From NCBI RefSeq assembly GCF_032116555.1, contig NZ_CP134950.1:62001-126000 (forward strand): DNA of 64,000 bases. The letters are read 5' to 3'. The notes under the pieces are model-generated. The model did not search any database. It saw only the letters and a program-made list of their open reading frames with translations, and was not told the DNA's origin. Shown here piece after piece: positions 18,664-28,008 of this stretch. Every line of letters starts with the position of its first letter. The stretch's first letter is position 1. A program made the position numbers and the translations under genes. Source of the stretch: Halorarum halobium. Lineage in GTDB: Archaea > Halobacteriota > Halobacteria > Halobacteriales > Haloferacaceae.

Positions 18664-19104
18664 TTACCCAAGCACGCCGCGACCGTCATGCCTGTAGGCC
18701 GCCATCTCCTCGAAGTTGCCCTCGTTGACGTTGAATTTGTTCGGTGACCCGGCAGTCGCGTACTGGTCTAGGGCGTCGTCCGGCAGCGCGTACCAGGTAA
18801 TCCGGGTGGCCGCTGCGGCGAGGTCGTCCTCGTGGGTCTCGACAAAGGTCTCGAAGGCGTCCTTCGTCTCGAGGACGAACAGGTGAATGAGTTGTCGGTC
18901 ATCCGCCGAGACGAGGTCATTTCGTGTCTGCTTCAACACGCCCGCAAAACCCTCGCCGGCGTGGTGGTACCAAACCCGGCAATCGTCACCGACAGCGTAG
19001 GTGTTCGCACGCGAACGGACATCGTCGTAATCGACAGGTTGGTCGGTGATGGCATCGACGAACTGTTCGTGCCGATCCGGTCCTACAATCTGGTCCAATC
19101 CCAT
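18664..19104 (-). CDS. Hypothetical protein
   Basis: Acidic 146-aa ORF. Confidence 0.65.
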   Translation of the reverse strand: MGLDQIVGPDRHEQFVDAITDQPVDYDDVRSRANTYAVGDDCRVWYHHAGEGFAGVLKQTRNDLVSADDRQLIHLFVLETKDAFETFVETHEDDLAAAATRITWYALPDDALDQYATAGSPNKFNVNEGNFEEMAAYRHDGRGVLG

Positions 19105-19320
19105 CGTTTCGGTTAGGGATGCATTCTTCGGGATTGTAAGTGCGAGCCTCGCTGCAACAGATGTTTTCTTCCGGCTAGTACGGTATGATGATCATTCCAT
19201 CCTCCGGCTAGTACTGGCTTCTCCGATGACGCTAGTAGAGACAGTATCATTGGCTAGTGCAAAATGTTCGTTCTGTTTGATACGCGCTGAACTAGCTGTG
19301 GAATAGGCGTACGAGCCGGT

Positions 19321-20475
19321 TTAGACGCCGCGCGGCGGAGTCCACCCATCATCATTGTAGAACGGGGACCCGTTGTTCCACCGGGCTTTCGTCCAAATCC
19401 GGTTCACCGGCTCCCGAAGCAGTTCTGGCGCAGAATTGTCGAAGCTGGATACCTCGACGGCTGGCGGCGCGTAGCTGTCCGTTCCGAATCCACCGCCGCC
19501 CATCGGGCTGTTCCCTTTGGAACTCTGCAGCTGGACATCCTTCACGTCCTGGACCGTCACGTAGAGATAGACCGGTGGGCTGACCTCCAGCGTCTTTAGA
19601 CAGCGGAGCGCACCTTTGAGGGTACGGGCGAGATCAACCTCCATGTGCTCGCCGGAGAGCACGACCTCGCCGGTCCGTGAATCCTGCATAAAGGGGGAGG
19701 TCCCTGCTGCTTCGAACCGGCCATGCTCGTCGAGCCGCGTGTAGCCCGGCTGCTCTTGGGAGGTGTCCCCCATGTATGAGAGCCTGTCACTTACAGAGTA
19801 GACGGCATCACCAATCTGAACCTGATCTACCCCTTTGTCCTTACCGTATATTGGTGGCAGCGGCAACTCTGAAGGGGTGTCAACGTAGCGGACTGTATCG
19901 TGGCCGTTCGGGAGCAAGTGCAGGGTGAGAACCGGTCCATCGGCGAGCGGGATGTCGAGCTGGTCGCGAGTGGCGATATTCTGGATGCAGTCCTCGTGAT
20001 AGTCGTCGATCTGCTGCTTCCCGTCGAGATAAGAGGCCCGTGGATCAACACCGAGATGGGAGGCTGCGAGTTCTGGTTCACTGCCCATGAGGAAGTTTCG
20101 GACGGTTTCGCGGTGCCAGATCTTGAGTTCCCAACCATATTCCTCGCGGTGGTCGTCAACTAAGTCATCAACAACCGCTCCACCGATTTTTTGATTGGTC
20201 ATAAAGACGAAGACATCGTAGTCCCGGTCGTGGGCTGCAGCCTTGTCTGCGTCTTTTTTTAGCTTGGACTTAGTGCGCGACTTCTTCCGCGTGGTGTAAT
20301 GAGCAATCCCGTCACGCCCACCGCGCGAAATTAAGGCATCTTTGCCGCCGTCTCCTCCGCTCCCCGTCGCTGTGGGCTTCACATCGTGGCCATCGGCTCG
20401 AAGAATGTCAGAGCAGAGTTGCTCCCAGTCATCAGCGTCAATATCGCGAATAGCATTTTCAACCTGCTCTTTCAT
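19321..20475 (-). CDS. Mrr-like restriction endonuclease domain fused to a C-terminal domain resembling that of AlbA_2/Schlafen proteins
   Basis: WEQLCSDIL...G..V...GSGGDGGKDA; C-terminal LTLHLLP...G.FEA...PPVY...IW...SPFY. Confidence 0.6.
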   Translation of the reverse strand: MKEQVENAIRDIDADDWEQLCSDILRADGHDVKPTATGSGGDGGKDALISRGGRDGIAHYTTRKKSRTKSKLKKDADKAAAHDRDYDVFVFMTNQKIGGAVVDDLVDDHREEYGWELKIWHRETVRNFLMGSEPELAASHLGVDPRASYLDGKQQIDDYHEDCIQNIATRDQLDIPLADGPVLTLHLLPNGHDTVRYVDTPSELPLPPIYGKDKGVDQVQIGDAVYSVSDRLSYMGDTSQEQPGYTRLDEHGRFEAAGTSPFMQDSRTGEVVLSGEHMEVDLARTLKGALRCLKTLEVSPPVYLYVTVQDVKDVQLQSSKGNSPMGGGGFGTDSYAPPAVEVSSFDNSAPELLREPVNRIWTKARWNNGSPFYNDDGWTPPRGV

Positions 20476-20662
20476 CGAACGGTGATATTGGAGTGACTAC
20501 TAAAGGCCTGTCGGGGTGCTAAGCTTCTATTCTGTACCAATCGTTTGTTGCCAGAATAGGTCCACTCCACCCCAGATGACCGTAGCTTGCCACGTATTTT
20601 GGATGGTGGTGGGAATCCCGGGTAGATGGAAATTTCTGGGTTCTGGAATACGTACCGTAGAT

Positions 20663-21098
20663 ATGTCCGACCGGGCGTTACTGCTGGTGAAGCCGGACGC
20701 CGTGGAGCGCGATCTTACCGGGGAGGTTCTGCACAGAGTGGAAGAGGCCGGCCTCTCCATCGAGCAGCTGCGGACGACGACCCCGAGCCGAGCACTGGTC
20801 GAGAAGCACTACGAGGAGCATCAGGAGGAGGATTTCTACCAGTCGCTCGTGGGATACATCGCGGAAAGCCGGGTACACGCCGCCATCGTGTCCGGCGAGA
20901 ACTCCGCGTCACGGCTACGTAGTGTGGCTGGGGAGACAGAGCCAGCCCGCGGACGAGGGCACGATCCGCGGCGACCTGGGTGACGATTCCTACGAAGCCA
21001 CCGACCAGGAAGACCGAGCGTTACGCAACCTGGTACATGCGTCGGAGCCAGGCGACGCCGAGGAAGAACTCCAGCTGTGGTTCCCGGAACAGGTCTAA
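20663..21098 (+). pseudogene. ndk: Nucleoside diphosphate kinase, frameshifted near 20948
   Basis: LLVKPDAVER...HYEEH...F in one frame; ADEGTIRGDLG...RNLVHASE...ELQLWFP-stop in the +1 frame. Confidence 0.85.
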
Positions 21099-22897
21099 AG
21101 CGGCCAGCCAACGGTCGAAGCTTCAATCAGGAGCCGGATAACGAGAACACCGCCCCCGGCGACTACACACCCAACCATGTACCGGTGGTCGAAATAGTCT
21201 TTTCTGGAGTGATACCGCTGGATGCCGATTAATCCGATTAGAGACGCTACGCCTACTGCAGCCTGCATACTGACAACCGCGTAGCCAACGAGGGACCAGA
21301 TGGCTAAACCGGCCCACGTAACCATCAGTAATCGGAATATCAAATCCAACCTGTCCTGCGCCCATCGCTCTTTCTTCTTGGCCATGCAGATGTAGGAATT
21401 CTTCCGTCCTTCTAACTCCTCGAAATCGAATATTTGCTCGCTAAACCGGCGGATTTCGGCTTCGTACATCTCATAGTCCTTTTCGACTTCCTGCCGCAGT
21501 TCGGACAGATCCTTGATGCGGTCCTGAATTAACGGGAAATAGAATCCGATCAGTACGGCGACGATGAACAGGCTGAACGGTGGGACGTAGGTCACGTTGT
21601 TCCAGCGGAGTACGAGAAAGAGATTCGCGATGATCGTCCCGATGAGGGTGAACAACAACGTTTGGATCTGTCGAGAGAGCTGTGTGGCTGCATCGGAGAC
21701 GCGGCTGGTCAGCCCGGTCATGAAGGAATGAATCTGCTGGACTGCGTCGCTCAAATCGTCGAAGTTCTCCTCGATCGCATCGACCTGGAGGTCCTCGTAA
21801 TAGTCTCGCACCGCCTCAACGTGGTCCGGCAAGTCAAGCAGATCGTCGCAGGTGTTGGCTATCGCGAGCCGCCAGAAGTCCCGGAACGCTGCTTTATCCT
21901 CGTGTTCTGCGTATATATCATATGCAGAAACGAGCCTATCGATCTCGGCTGATTCGTACTCACGACTTACTTCGTGCGGGTTCACCTGTTTCGCAAAGGT
22001 TGTCGGCTCGGAGGTGATGGTGAATTCTATCAGCCCGTTCAAGGATTCGACGGCCGAGGAAAACACTCCGAAGATACTGTATACCAGTACAGGGCGGAAC
22101 CCGGGGATTACGCCCCGGATCGGGATGACCGCGGCAGGAGGAACGGGGGACAGGTCGTCGTGCCAAACGGTTCCCGCCCGAGCACGCTGCATAGCTTCCT
22201 GATACCGGTCACGGCTATCAGCAAGTTCCTCGCCCTCCAGTTCGTCTATCTCCGCTAACGTGGTGACCACAGATGCGTCAAGAACGGTGGGTCCACTGCT
22301 TTCAAAGACGAATACTGGCAGTTTTTCGAACGCGAAGAATGCATCTACCACCTCGTTGATCGGCTGGTTCTCTACCCATCGACCCAGTGCTGACGGGTCT
22401 GGCCAGAGAAACACGTCGATCTCGTCCTGGAGGACGTTCGGAAAGGTCGAAACCAGCTCTGCTTCGATGGCTGGTTTATCGACGATGCCGGTGAGCGTGA
22501 CGCTGTGGCCATCATCGGTGTGCAGGTCATTGACCAGTGTATGGACGAATCCTGCTGCTTGCTCGATATCGGAGTCGCGGTATCTGTTGAATCCCTCTTC
22601 CGCTCGGTCATGGTCGGTGGATAGATCCAAGTCTGCGAGTTCTTCGAACCCATCACTGTGGGTTACGACGCCGGTCCCGCTTTTCCCGAAGAGCCGGATC
22701 GTTGGGCTGTCACATCGAAGTTCGAAGTCCCGGAACCAATCGGGGTGGCTGTGGACGGCTTCGATCACCCCGAAGAGACCATCCCTGGTTAGGTCCGCTG
22801 CCGTGGCAGTAAACCAGATGTCGCCGAGAGAAGTTTCTACCTCACCCTCGGACTCCAGAGAGCGGACCTGCCGCAGAACTCCAGCGACTTCAGACAT
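21095..22897 (-). CDS. Large protein with coiled coil and about 5 C-terminal TM helices; partner of the upstream YejK-like gene
   Basis: Hydrophobic segments after about residue 410; 6-nt gap to upstream gene. Confidence 0.75.
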   Translation of the reverse strand: MSEVAGVLRQVRSLESEGEVETSLGDIWFTATAADLTRDGLFGVIEAVHSHPDWFRDFELRCDSPTIRLFGKSGTGVVTHSDGFEELADLDLSTDHDRAEEGFNRYRDSDIEQAAGFVHTLVNDLHTDDGHSVTLTGIVDKPAIEAELVSTFPNVLQDEIDVFLWPDPSALGRWVENQPINEVVDAFFAFEKLPVFVFESSGPTVLDASVVTTLAEIDELEGEELADSRDRYQEAMQRARAGTVWHDDLSPVPPAAVIPIRGVIPGFRPVLVYSIFGVFSSAVESLNGLIEFTITSEPTTFAKQVNPHEVSREYESAEIDRLVSAYDIYAEHEDKAAFRDFWRLAIANTCDDLLDLPDHVEAVRDYYEDLQVDAIEENFDDLSDAVQQIHSFMTGLTSRVSDAATQLSRQIQTLLFTLIGTIIANLFLVLRWNNVTYVPPFSLFIVAVLIGFYFPLIQDRIKDLSELRQEVEKDYEMYEAEIRRFSEQIFDFEELEGRKNSYICMAKKKERWAQDRLDLIFRLLMVTWAGLAIWSLVGYAVVSMQAAVGVASLIGLIGIQRYHSRKDYFDHRYMVGCVVAGGGVLVIRLLIEASTVGWPL

Positions 22898-22903
22898 ACC
22901 CGG

Positions 22904-23869
22904 TCAGAAGAGGTCGCTGGGACGAGGCAGGTCGTCGATTTCATCGAACAGGCTCCGCTTGTTTCTCCCGGACCCGACGGTCATCTGTGGCTCTGTCCCT
23001 GATAGAACGACGTAGTACGTATTACCTTCCTTCGCCAGCTGAACGTTATCCTGCTGCTGGAATTCGCTCAGCGGTAGCTGGAATGACGTGTTCGCGATCT
23101 CAACAGAGACTGTCGCCTCCTGCCCGATGTCATCATCGAACTCCTCTGACGCATAGTCAACAAAGTCATCTAATGAGTCGAACGCGCCATCCTCTCCATC
23201 CAACCGCTGTCCGATGGAGTCTTCAACGAACTCGTCGGGATGCTTCTGCTCCTCGAGTCGAAGGAATCTCCACCAGTATTTCGCGTAGTGTTGGCTCCCA
23301 TACCGTTGATAGACGTGGGCCCGTGTTATGTCCGATTCATCCTCAAACTCGTCATAGAAGGGATAGATGATGCTCTTGTCCGTCTCTTCCCGGATGATAC
23401 GTTCATGCTCGACGAACACTTCCTCGGTGTCGATCTCATGAGCGTCGGGTAGGAACGGTGTCTTGATTACTGCGACGAACTCCCGATCATATTCCTCGAA
23501 CGGAGCAACAATAATCAGGTCCGAGCGAGATTGAATCTCCGTAATATACCAGTCTGCGATGCGTTCGCTGCAGGTTTCGATATCTCCATCGTTCCTGACC
23601 GCTTCAAGCACGTCGATAACTGACTCACCGTCTTCGGTCCTTTCAACTTCAGCCTCGGCGCTAAACCGGTGGTTACGGGCGCTCTTCGTCTCCCCATATT
23701 TCTTGTCAAGTGCTGTACCAATCAGTTCTTCGCAGATGCGGGAGGCCTCAGCGCCTGCGTCATCGGTAAGATCCTCGCTGTCGAGGACGCCTACCGTCGA
23801 AGGATCGGGGTTATCGTCATCCTCCGTTTTGACGCAGCTATAAACGCCGATACCCGTTACCTCAACCAT
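22904..23869 (-). CDS. YejK/NdpA- or KwaB-like nucleoid-associated-family protein
   Basis: SERIADWY...DLIIVAPF...FVAVIKT...DKSIIYP...AKYWWRFL pattern. Confidence 0.5.
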   Translation of the reverse strand: MVEVTGIGVYSCVKTEDDDNPDPSTVGVLDSEDLTDDAGAEASRICEELIGTALDKKYGETKSARNHRFSAEAEVERTEDGESVIDVLEAVRNDGDIETCSERIADWYITEIQSRSDLIIVAPFEEYDREFVAVIKTPFLPDAHEIDTEEVFVEHERIIREETDKSIIYPFYDEFEDESDITRAHVYQRYGSQHYAKYWWRFLRLEEQKHPDEFVEDSIGQRLDGEDGAFDSLDDFVDYASEEFDDDIGQEATVSVEIANTSFQLPLSEFQQQDNVQLAKEGNTYYVVLSGTEPQMTVGSGRNKRSLFDEIDDLPRPSDLF

Positions 23870-23980
23870 AGCGCAATTTCTTAGGAATATGTATTATACC
23901 TTGTGCGAACGTTCGGGGCACAGCATCGTATATCAATCTTCCCCGCCCCCAGTCAGGCACTTCAGTCCTGCGTAGAGTCT

Positions 23981-24004
23981 ATTATCCCCTCAATGGGTGA
24001 GGGG
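23981..24004 (+). promoter_or_regulatory. Hairpin upstream element before tfb
   Basis: ATTAT CCCCTCA ATGGG TGAGGGG. Confidence 0.55.
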
Positions 24005-24044
24005 CTCGCCGTATCGGCGGTTTTCCCAAACAGCGGTGAGAACA

Positions 24045-24965
24045 ATGGCAACCAGAGACATCTACGAGACTGGATTCGACGAAGACGCCCAGACAGACTC
24101 GAATACCAACCAATGTCCCGAGTGCGATGGATACGTCATCACGAACGTCAAGGAAACGGTCTGCGAGGACTGTGGCCTCGTCATCGAAGAGCAACGTCTC
24201 GATCACGGGCCGGAGTGGCGAGCGTACGATGAGGACGAGCGGGAACGGACGGGTGCTCCGCTGACGGCAGCGCGGCACGACCGAGGCCTCTCGACCGAGA
24301 TCGGCCACGGAACCGATGCACACGGGAATGAACTCTCTGGGCAGAAACGCCGGCGGCTGGCCCGGATGCGACGTGAACAGACCCGTGGTCGCTGGCAGTC
24401 CAAAGCGGAACGGAATCTGGCACACGGGTTGGGCGAGGTGCGCCGGCTAGCGAGTGCGCTCGAGCTCTCCGAGTCGCTTCGCGACCAGGCGTGCCAGCTC
24501 TTCCGGAGCGCCCAGAACGAGGATCTGCTTCGTGGCAGATCCATCGAAGCCATCGGCGCAGCGAGCATCTATGGTGCCTGCCGGTGTAACCAACACCCGC
24601 TCCTCCTCGAGGATGTCGTCGACGCCGCCCGAGTCGAGTCCACTCGTGTCACCAACGCCTACCGAATACTGAATCGCGAATTGGAGCTGCCGACACCACC
24701 AATGCGCCCGACGTCGTTCATTCCGCGCCTGATCTCGGAGCTGGAGTTGGACCACGACATTCGCCGACGCGCGAACGAACTCGCAGAACGCGCCGAGGGG
24801 ACAGCTCTCATGAACGGCTGTCAGCCATCAGGCATCGCGGCCGCCTGCGTCTATCTGGCCGCCCAGCAGCAGGGCGCGTGGATCACCCAATCCACCGTTG
24901 CGTCGGCAGCGGAGGTGTCAGTCGTGACGCTTCGTAGCCGGCGGGACGAACTCCAAGCGATCTGA
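24045..24965 (+). CDS. tfb: Transcription initiation factor IIB
   Basis: CPECD...CEDCG Zn ribbon, GPEWRAY B-reader, HDRGLST, ERNL, LRGRS and cyclin repeats. Confidence 0.95.
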   Translation: MATRDIYETGFDEDAQTDSNTNQCPECDGYVITNVKETVCEDCGLVIEEQRLDHGPEWRAYDEDERERTGAPLTAARHDRGLSTEIGHGTDAHGNELSGQKRRRLARMRREQTRGRWQSKAERNLAHGLGEVRRLASALELSESLRDQACQLFRSAQNEDLLRGRSIEAIGAASIYGACRCNQHPLLLEDVVDAARVESTRVTNAYRILNRELELPTPPMRPTSFIPRLISELELDHDIRRRANELAERAEGTALMNGCQPSGIAAACVYLAAQQQGAWITQSTVASAAEVSVVTLRSRRDELQAI

Positions 24966-25018
24966 GGCGCATCCGGTAGAGGAGTACCTACATACAGCCG
25001 GAGAGTCTACTACGGCGT

Positions 25019-25123
25019 ATGGACCTCGAAGAGACCCTCGAGTATCTGTCTGCAGAGCTCGATATCGAGCGTAGTGAACACGTTCGCGAGGTCGGTCAAG
25101 CAGTCGCCGAGCTCCGAGACTGA
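25019..25123 (+). CDS. Putative 34-aa acidic microprotein (MDLEETLEYLSAELDIERSEHVREVGQAVAELRD)
   Basis: ATG-to-TGA ORF with halophilic composition, below the ORF-track cutoff. Confidence 0.4.
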   Translation: MDLEETLEYLSAELDIERSEHVREVGQAVAELRD

Positions 25124-25228
25124 CTTCGTCTCAGGCAACCAAGTTTATCTCGTCGTCACCGAATCCGTCCCCGCAGTTCCTCACCCTTGAGTTTACATAC
25201 AAAACCGAAGGAAACGCGGAGCGAGTCG

Positions 25229-26098
25229 ATGACTGACCGCAACTCGGACCGAGACGCGTTCCAACCAGTCGGGGAAGGGGCTCTGGTGCCGGATCCAGCG
25301 CTGGATCAGCCAGCGGACGGCCAGCCAACCCGTCAGCGCGAAGCCTCACATTCGGGTGGGTATCCGGACGGAACAACCGACACAGACCGAGCCTGTGTCT
25401 CCTGTGGCGCATCGATCCCGACGTCGCAGCGAAAATGCCGGTTCTGTCTCGAACACGAACTCGAGACCGCGTCAGCGTCGGAAGCTGCGAGTTCCGAGCA
25501 GACACTCCGTGGTGTGATCCAGTTCCTCGTCGAATCAGGGACGTTCTACGGCGCCGTGGCAAAGGGAGCAGCCGCAGCGACACTTCTCACGTCAGGTCCC
25601 GACGAACCCATCGACGACTGTACGCTCATCTACGATCTCGACGACGAGCCCGCACCCCAGCTAACCGAACGCTGGCCTACGCTCCCCGCTGCTACCGAAG
25701 TGTCCTCAGCGGCTGGCGACGCGTTGCTAACAACGGCCTGTGAGCGGACACCGTGGGATGAGTGGAGCGATCGTCCTCAGACGGAGATCCCACGCGTCTA
25801 TGACGAGCGTGGCCAGGGAATCCGTGATAAGTCGTCGCTCGGGCACATTCTCAACGGCGGCGACCAGTTGTGGATCGTTCCAGCAATCGCTGTTGAAACA
25901 GTACCCCAGAAAACTAAATCCACCAGTACCGGAACCGAAATTCCGACCGTGACAGCCCTGGAGTGCCAGCACTGTACGAGTGAAACAGAACATCGGTTCA
26001 GTACACGCGAGTCGCTCCCTGACGAGACCTGGACCGGCCAGCCAATCTGGGAGTGCCAAGTGTGCGGCACAGGTCGCTACGGACCTGCTCCCGATTAG
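25229..26098 (+). CDS. Hypothetical protein with N- and C-terminal zinc fingers
   Basis: CVSCG...CRFC; CQHC...H...WECQVCG. Confidence 0.75.
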   Translation: MTDRNSDRDAFQPVGEGALVPDPALDQPADGQPTRQREASHSGGYPDGTTDTDRACVSCGASIPTSQRKCRFCLEHELETASASEAASSEQTLRGVIQFLVESGTFYGAVAKGAAAATLLTSGPDEPIDDCTLIYDLDDEPAPQLTERWPTLPAATEVSSAAGDALLTTACERTPWDEWSDRPQTEIPRVYDERGQGIRDKSSLGHILNGGDQLWIVPAIAVETVPQKTKSTSTGTEIPTVTALECQHCTSETEHRFSTRESLPDETWTGQPIWECQVCGTGRYGPAPD

Positions 26099-26118
26099 TG
26101 CGGGAAGACGCTCGCCGG

Positions 26119-26159
26119 TTAACCAACAAATCCCTGTGGAGATGGCTTCCGTTGGTTAA
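26119..26159. repeat. TTAACCAAC-N23-GTTGGTTAA inverted-repeat site 1
   Basis: Arms 26119-26127 and 26151-26159. Confidence 0.9.
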
Positions 26160-26234
26160 CACGGTGAGTACCCTCAAGTCCGACCACAGTCACGTGGAGT
26201 GTCTATCCGCGCCGGCGAGTGGTGAGGCGCTTCG

Positions 26235-26423
26235 ATGAATCAGCAAGTCGAACAGGGCTACCGGATGCATCGTGTACTCAGCAATCTCAGCCGGCTCGAC
26301 GTCGACCGGTTGGACGATACGGATCGAGAGCGAGTCGAGACCGCGAGAGACCTCCTGGAAGAAGTGAGTCTCCTCACGCGACCAGAGGACGGAAGCGGGC
26401 CAGACGCCCCAACAGACTCCTAA
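26235..26423 (+). CDS. Small hypothetical protein
   Basis: 62-aa acidic ORF with upstream GGTGA SD-like motif. Confidence 0.55.
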   Translation: MNQQVEQGYRMHRVLSNLSRLDVDRLDDTDRERVETARDLLEEVSLLTRPEDGSGPDAPTDS

Positions 26424-26511
26424 CCCGGCGTCGCCGTCCACGCTAGGGGCACCTCCAGAGTCGGTTTATTGTCCCCCAAGAGGAGTGCGGGGCTTCCCCG
26501 CGAGTCCAGAC

Positions 26512-26892
26512 ATGGCGACACTGCAAGCCGCGACGACGTCCACCGGCGCAATCGTATCGGATCCTCAGGCAGTCCGTGAACTCTGTGAGAGCTACTGCTT
26601 CGGGACGCTCAACTGGGAGGTCACCGACAAGGGCGAACTCACCATCTGGGGATATGATGACTTCGAAGTGTACGAGGCGCGCGAGAACGGCCTCCCGGAC
26701 TACGAGGGCGGCATCGTGACCCACGAATTCTTGCGAGAACTCGCCGACCACCTCGAAGTAGACGAGAAGCTCGACATCCAGACAGCCGGGTTCACAAAAT
26801 GTCGCTTCCCGGTGCTAGCGAAGCGGTACGTCGTTCGCGACGGCGAAGTCCTCCACGCGGACCTCAGTTCCCCCAACCCGATCGACGAGTAG
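26512..26892 (+). CDS. Hypothetical protein
   Basis: Acidic ORF after hairpin element 26464-26492. Confidence 0.75.
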   Translation: MATLQAATTSTGAIVSDPQAVRELCESYCFGTLNWEVTDKGELTIWGYDDFEVYEARENGLPDYEGGIVTHEFLRELADHLEVDEKLDIQTAGFTKCRFPVLAKRYVVRDGEVLHADLSSPNPIDE

Positions 26893-26961
26893 AGTTGTTC
26901 ATTCCCCGGGAGGGGTGCGGGGCGATCCAGTCGTGGGTCGCCCTGCGAGGTGATTGTTCAA

Positions 26962-27624
26962 ATGGGCCACCGCGCACTCGTTGCGTACGAACGAACCGAC
27001 GGACAGTACACGCTCCACTACTCTCATTGGGGTGCTGCGAACCTGAAGCTCAAGCACCGAATCTCGGCTAAGTCGCCGTTCGGTGGCGAGGATACCGACT
27101 CGAAGTGGGCGAAGCAGCTGCTGGCGGAACTGGCCGATGGCCTCGAGGCAGATGCGGTCGACGGCTACCTCGCTGACGAGGACCGACCGTCGACGGTCGT
27201 CGAGCCGAAGCCCCGCGCCACCGCGCTCACCCTCGACGAGATCGTCGCTGACCATCTCGACTACCTCCACCACGAGGCGTTCTTCGTGGTGTCGACGACG
27301 TTCGAGGTGACCGCCTACCGGACGCTGTGGTTCGGCCTGCAGTACGACTCGGAGACAGTCGAACAGGGAGAGACGGTCGGGAACGGCGCGCTCGCGACGG
27401 TGCGCTGGTACGACGGCGAGCCGGTCGGCGACGGCCACCTACAGGGACAGTTCGCGGCCCTCAAAGACGTCGTCGGCGACATGCTCGACAAGGGCGTCTT
27501 CACGCCGTCGACGGCGAGACAGTACCTAAAACGGAAGCTGGCCGAGCGGGTCGGAGACCGACAGGAGCTTCGCATTCCGACCGGGGAATCACCCTTCGAG
27601 AAGGCGAGCCTCGGCAAGACGTAA
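26962..27624 (+). CDS. Conserved haloarchaeal plasmid protein (DUF6735-like)
   Basis: MGHRALVAYER...YSHWG; after hairpin element 26895-26922 and GAGGTGA SD. Confidence 0.7.
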   Translation: MGHRALVAYERTDGQYTLHYSHWGAANLKLKHRISAKSPFGGEDTDSKWAKQLLAELADGLEADAVDGYLADEDRPSTVVEPKPRATALTLDEIVADHLDYLHHEAFFVVSTTFEVTAYRTLWFGLQYDSETVEQGETVGNGALATVRWYDGEPVGDGHLQGQFAALKDVVGDMLDKGVFTPSTARQYLKRKLAERVGDRQELRIPTGESPFEKASLGKT

Positions 27625-27661
27625 CACCAATCCCTTAGTGGATACCGGGAAACTCCCCAGT

Positions 27662-27946
27662 ATGTCAAATCAACCTAAAGGCGACATTCGTGTTTGGCTT
27701 GTCGAACGGACGTACTCCGATGATGAACAGAACCTGATTATCCTCACCTACGCAACACCCGATGGCGAACAGTACTATCGGAAGGAACGAGCACTAACCT
27801 CATTCACCGACGTCCGAGATACGACGGCAGCAGTCGACGCTGAACCCGACAATCTCGGCACGGTCAATGACTCCGACCTCCAAGAACAATACGCGGCCGA
27901 AGCGCAGCGAATGGAGGAGGTCCACGACCCGGACGACGTGATCTGA
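27662..27946 (+). CDS. Hypothetical protein
   Basis: Acidic 94-aa ORF. Confidence 0.7.
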   Translation: MSNQPKGDIRVWLVERTYSDDEQNLIILTYATPDGEQYYRKERALTSFTDVRDTTAAVDAEPDNLGTVNDSDLQEQYAAEAQRMEEVHDPDDVI

Positions 27947-28008
27947 GGTCCACTGGTCGACAACGCTGCAGGCCATGGGTTATGTCGTAGTAGGCCGTAC
28001 ACGAGGAT

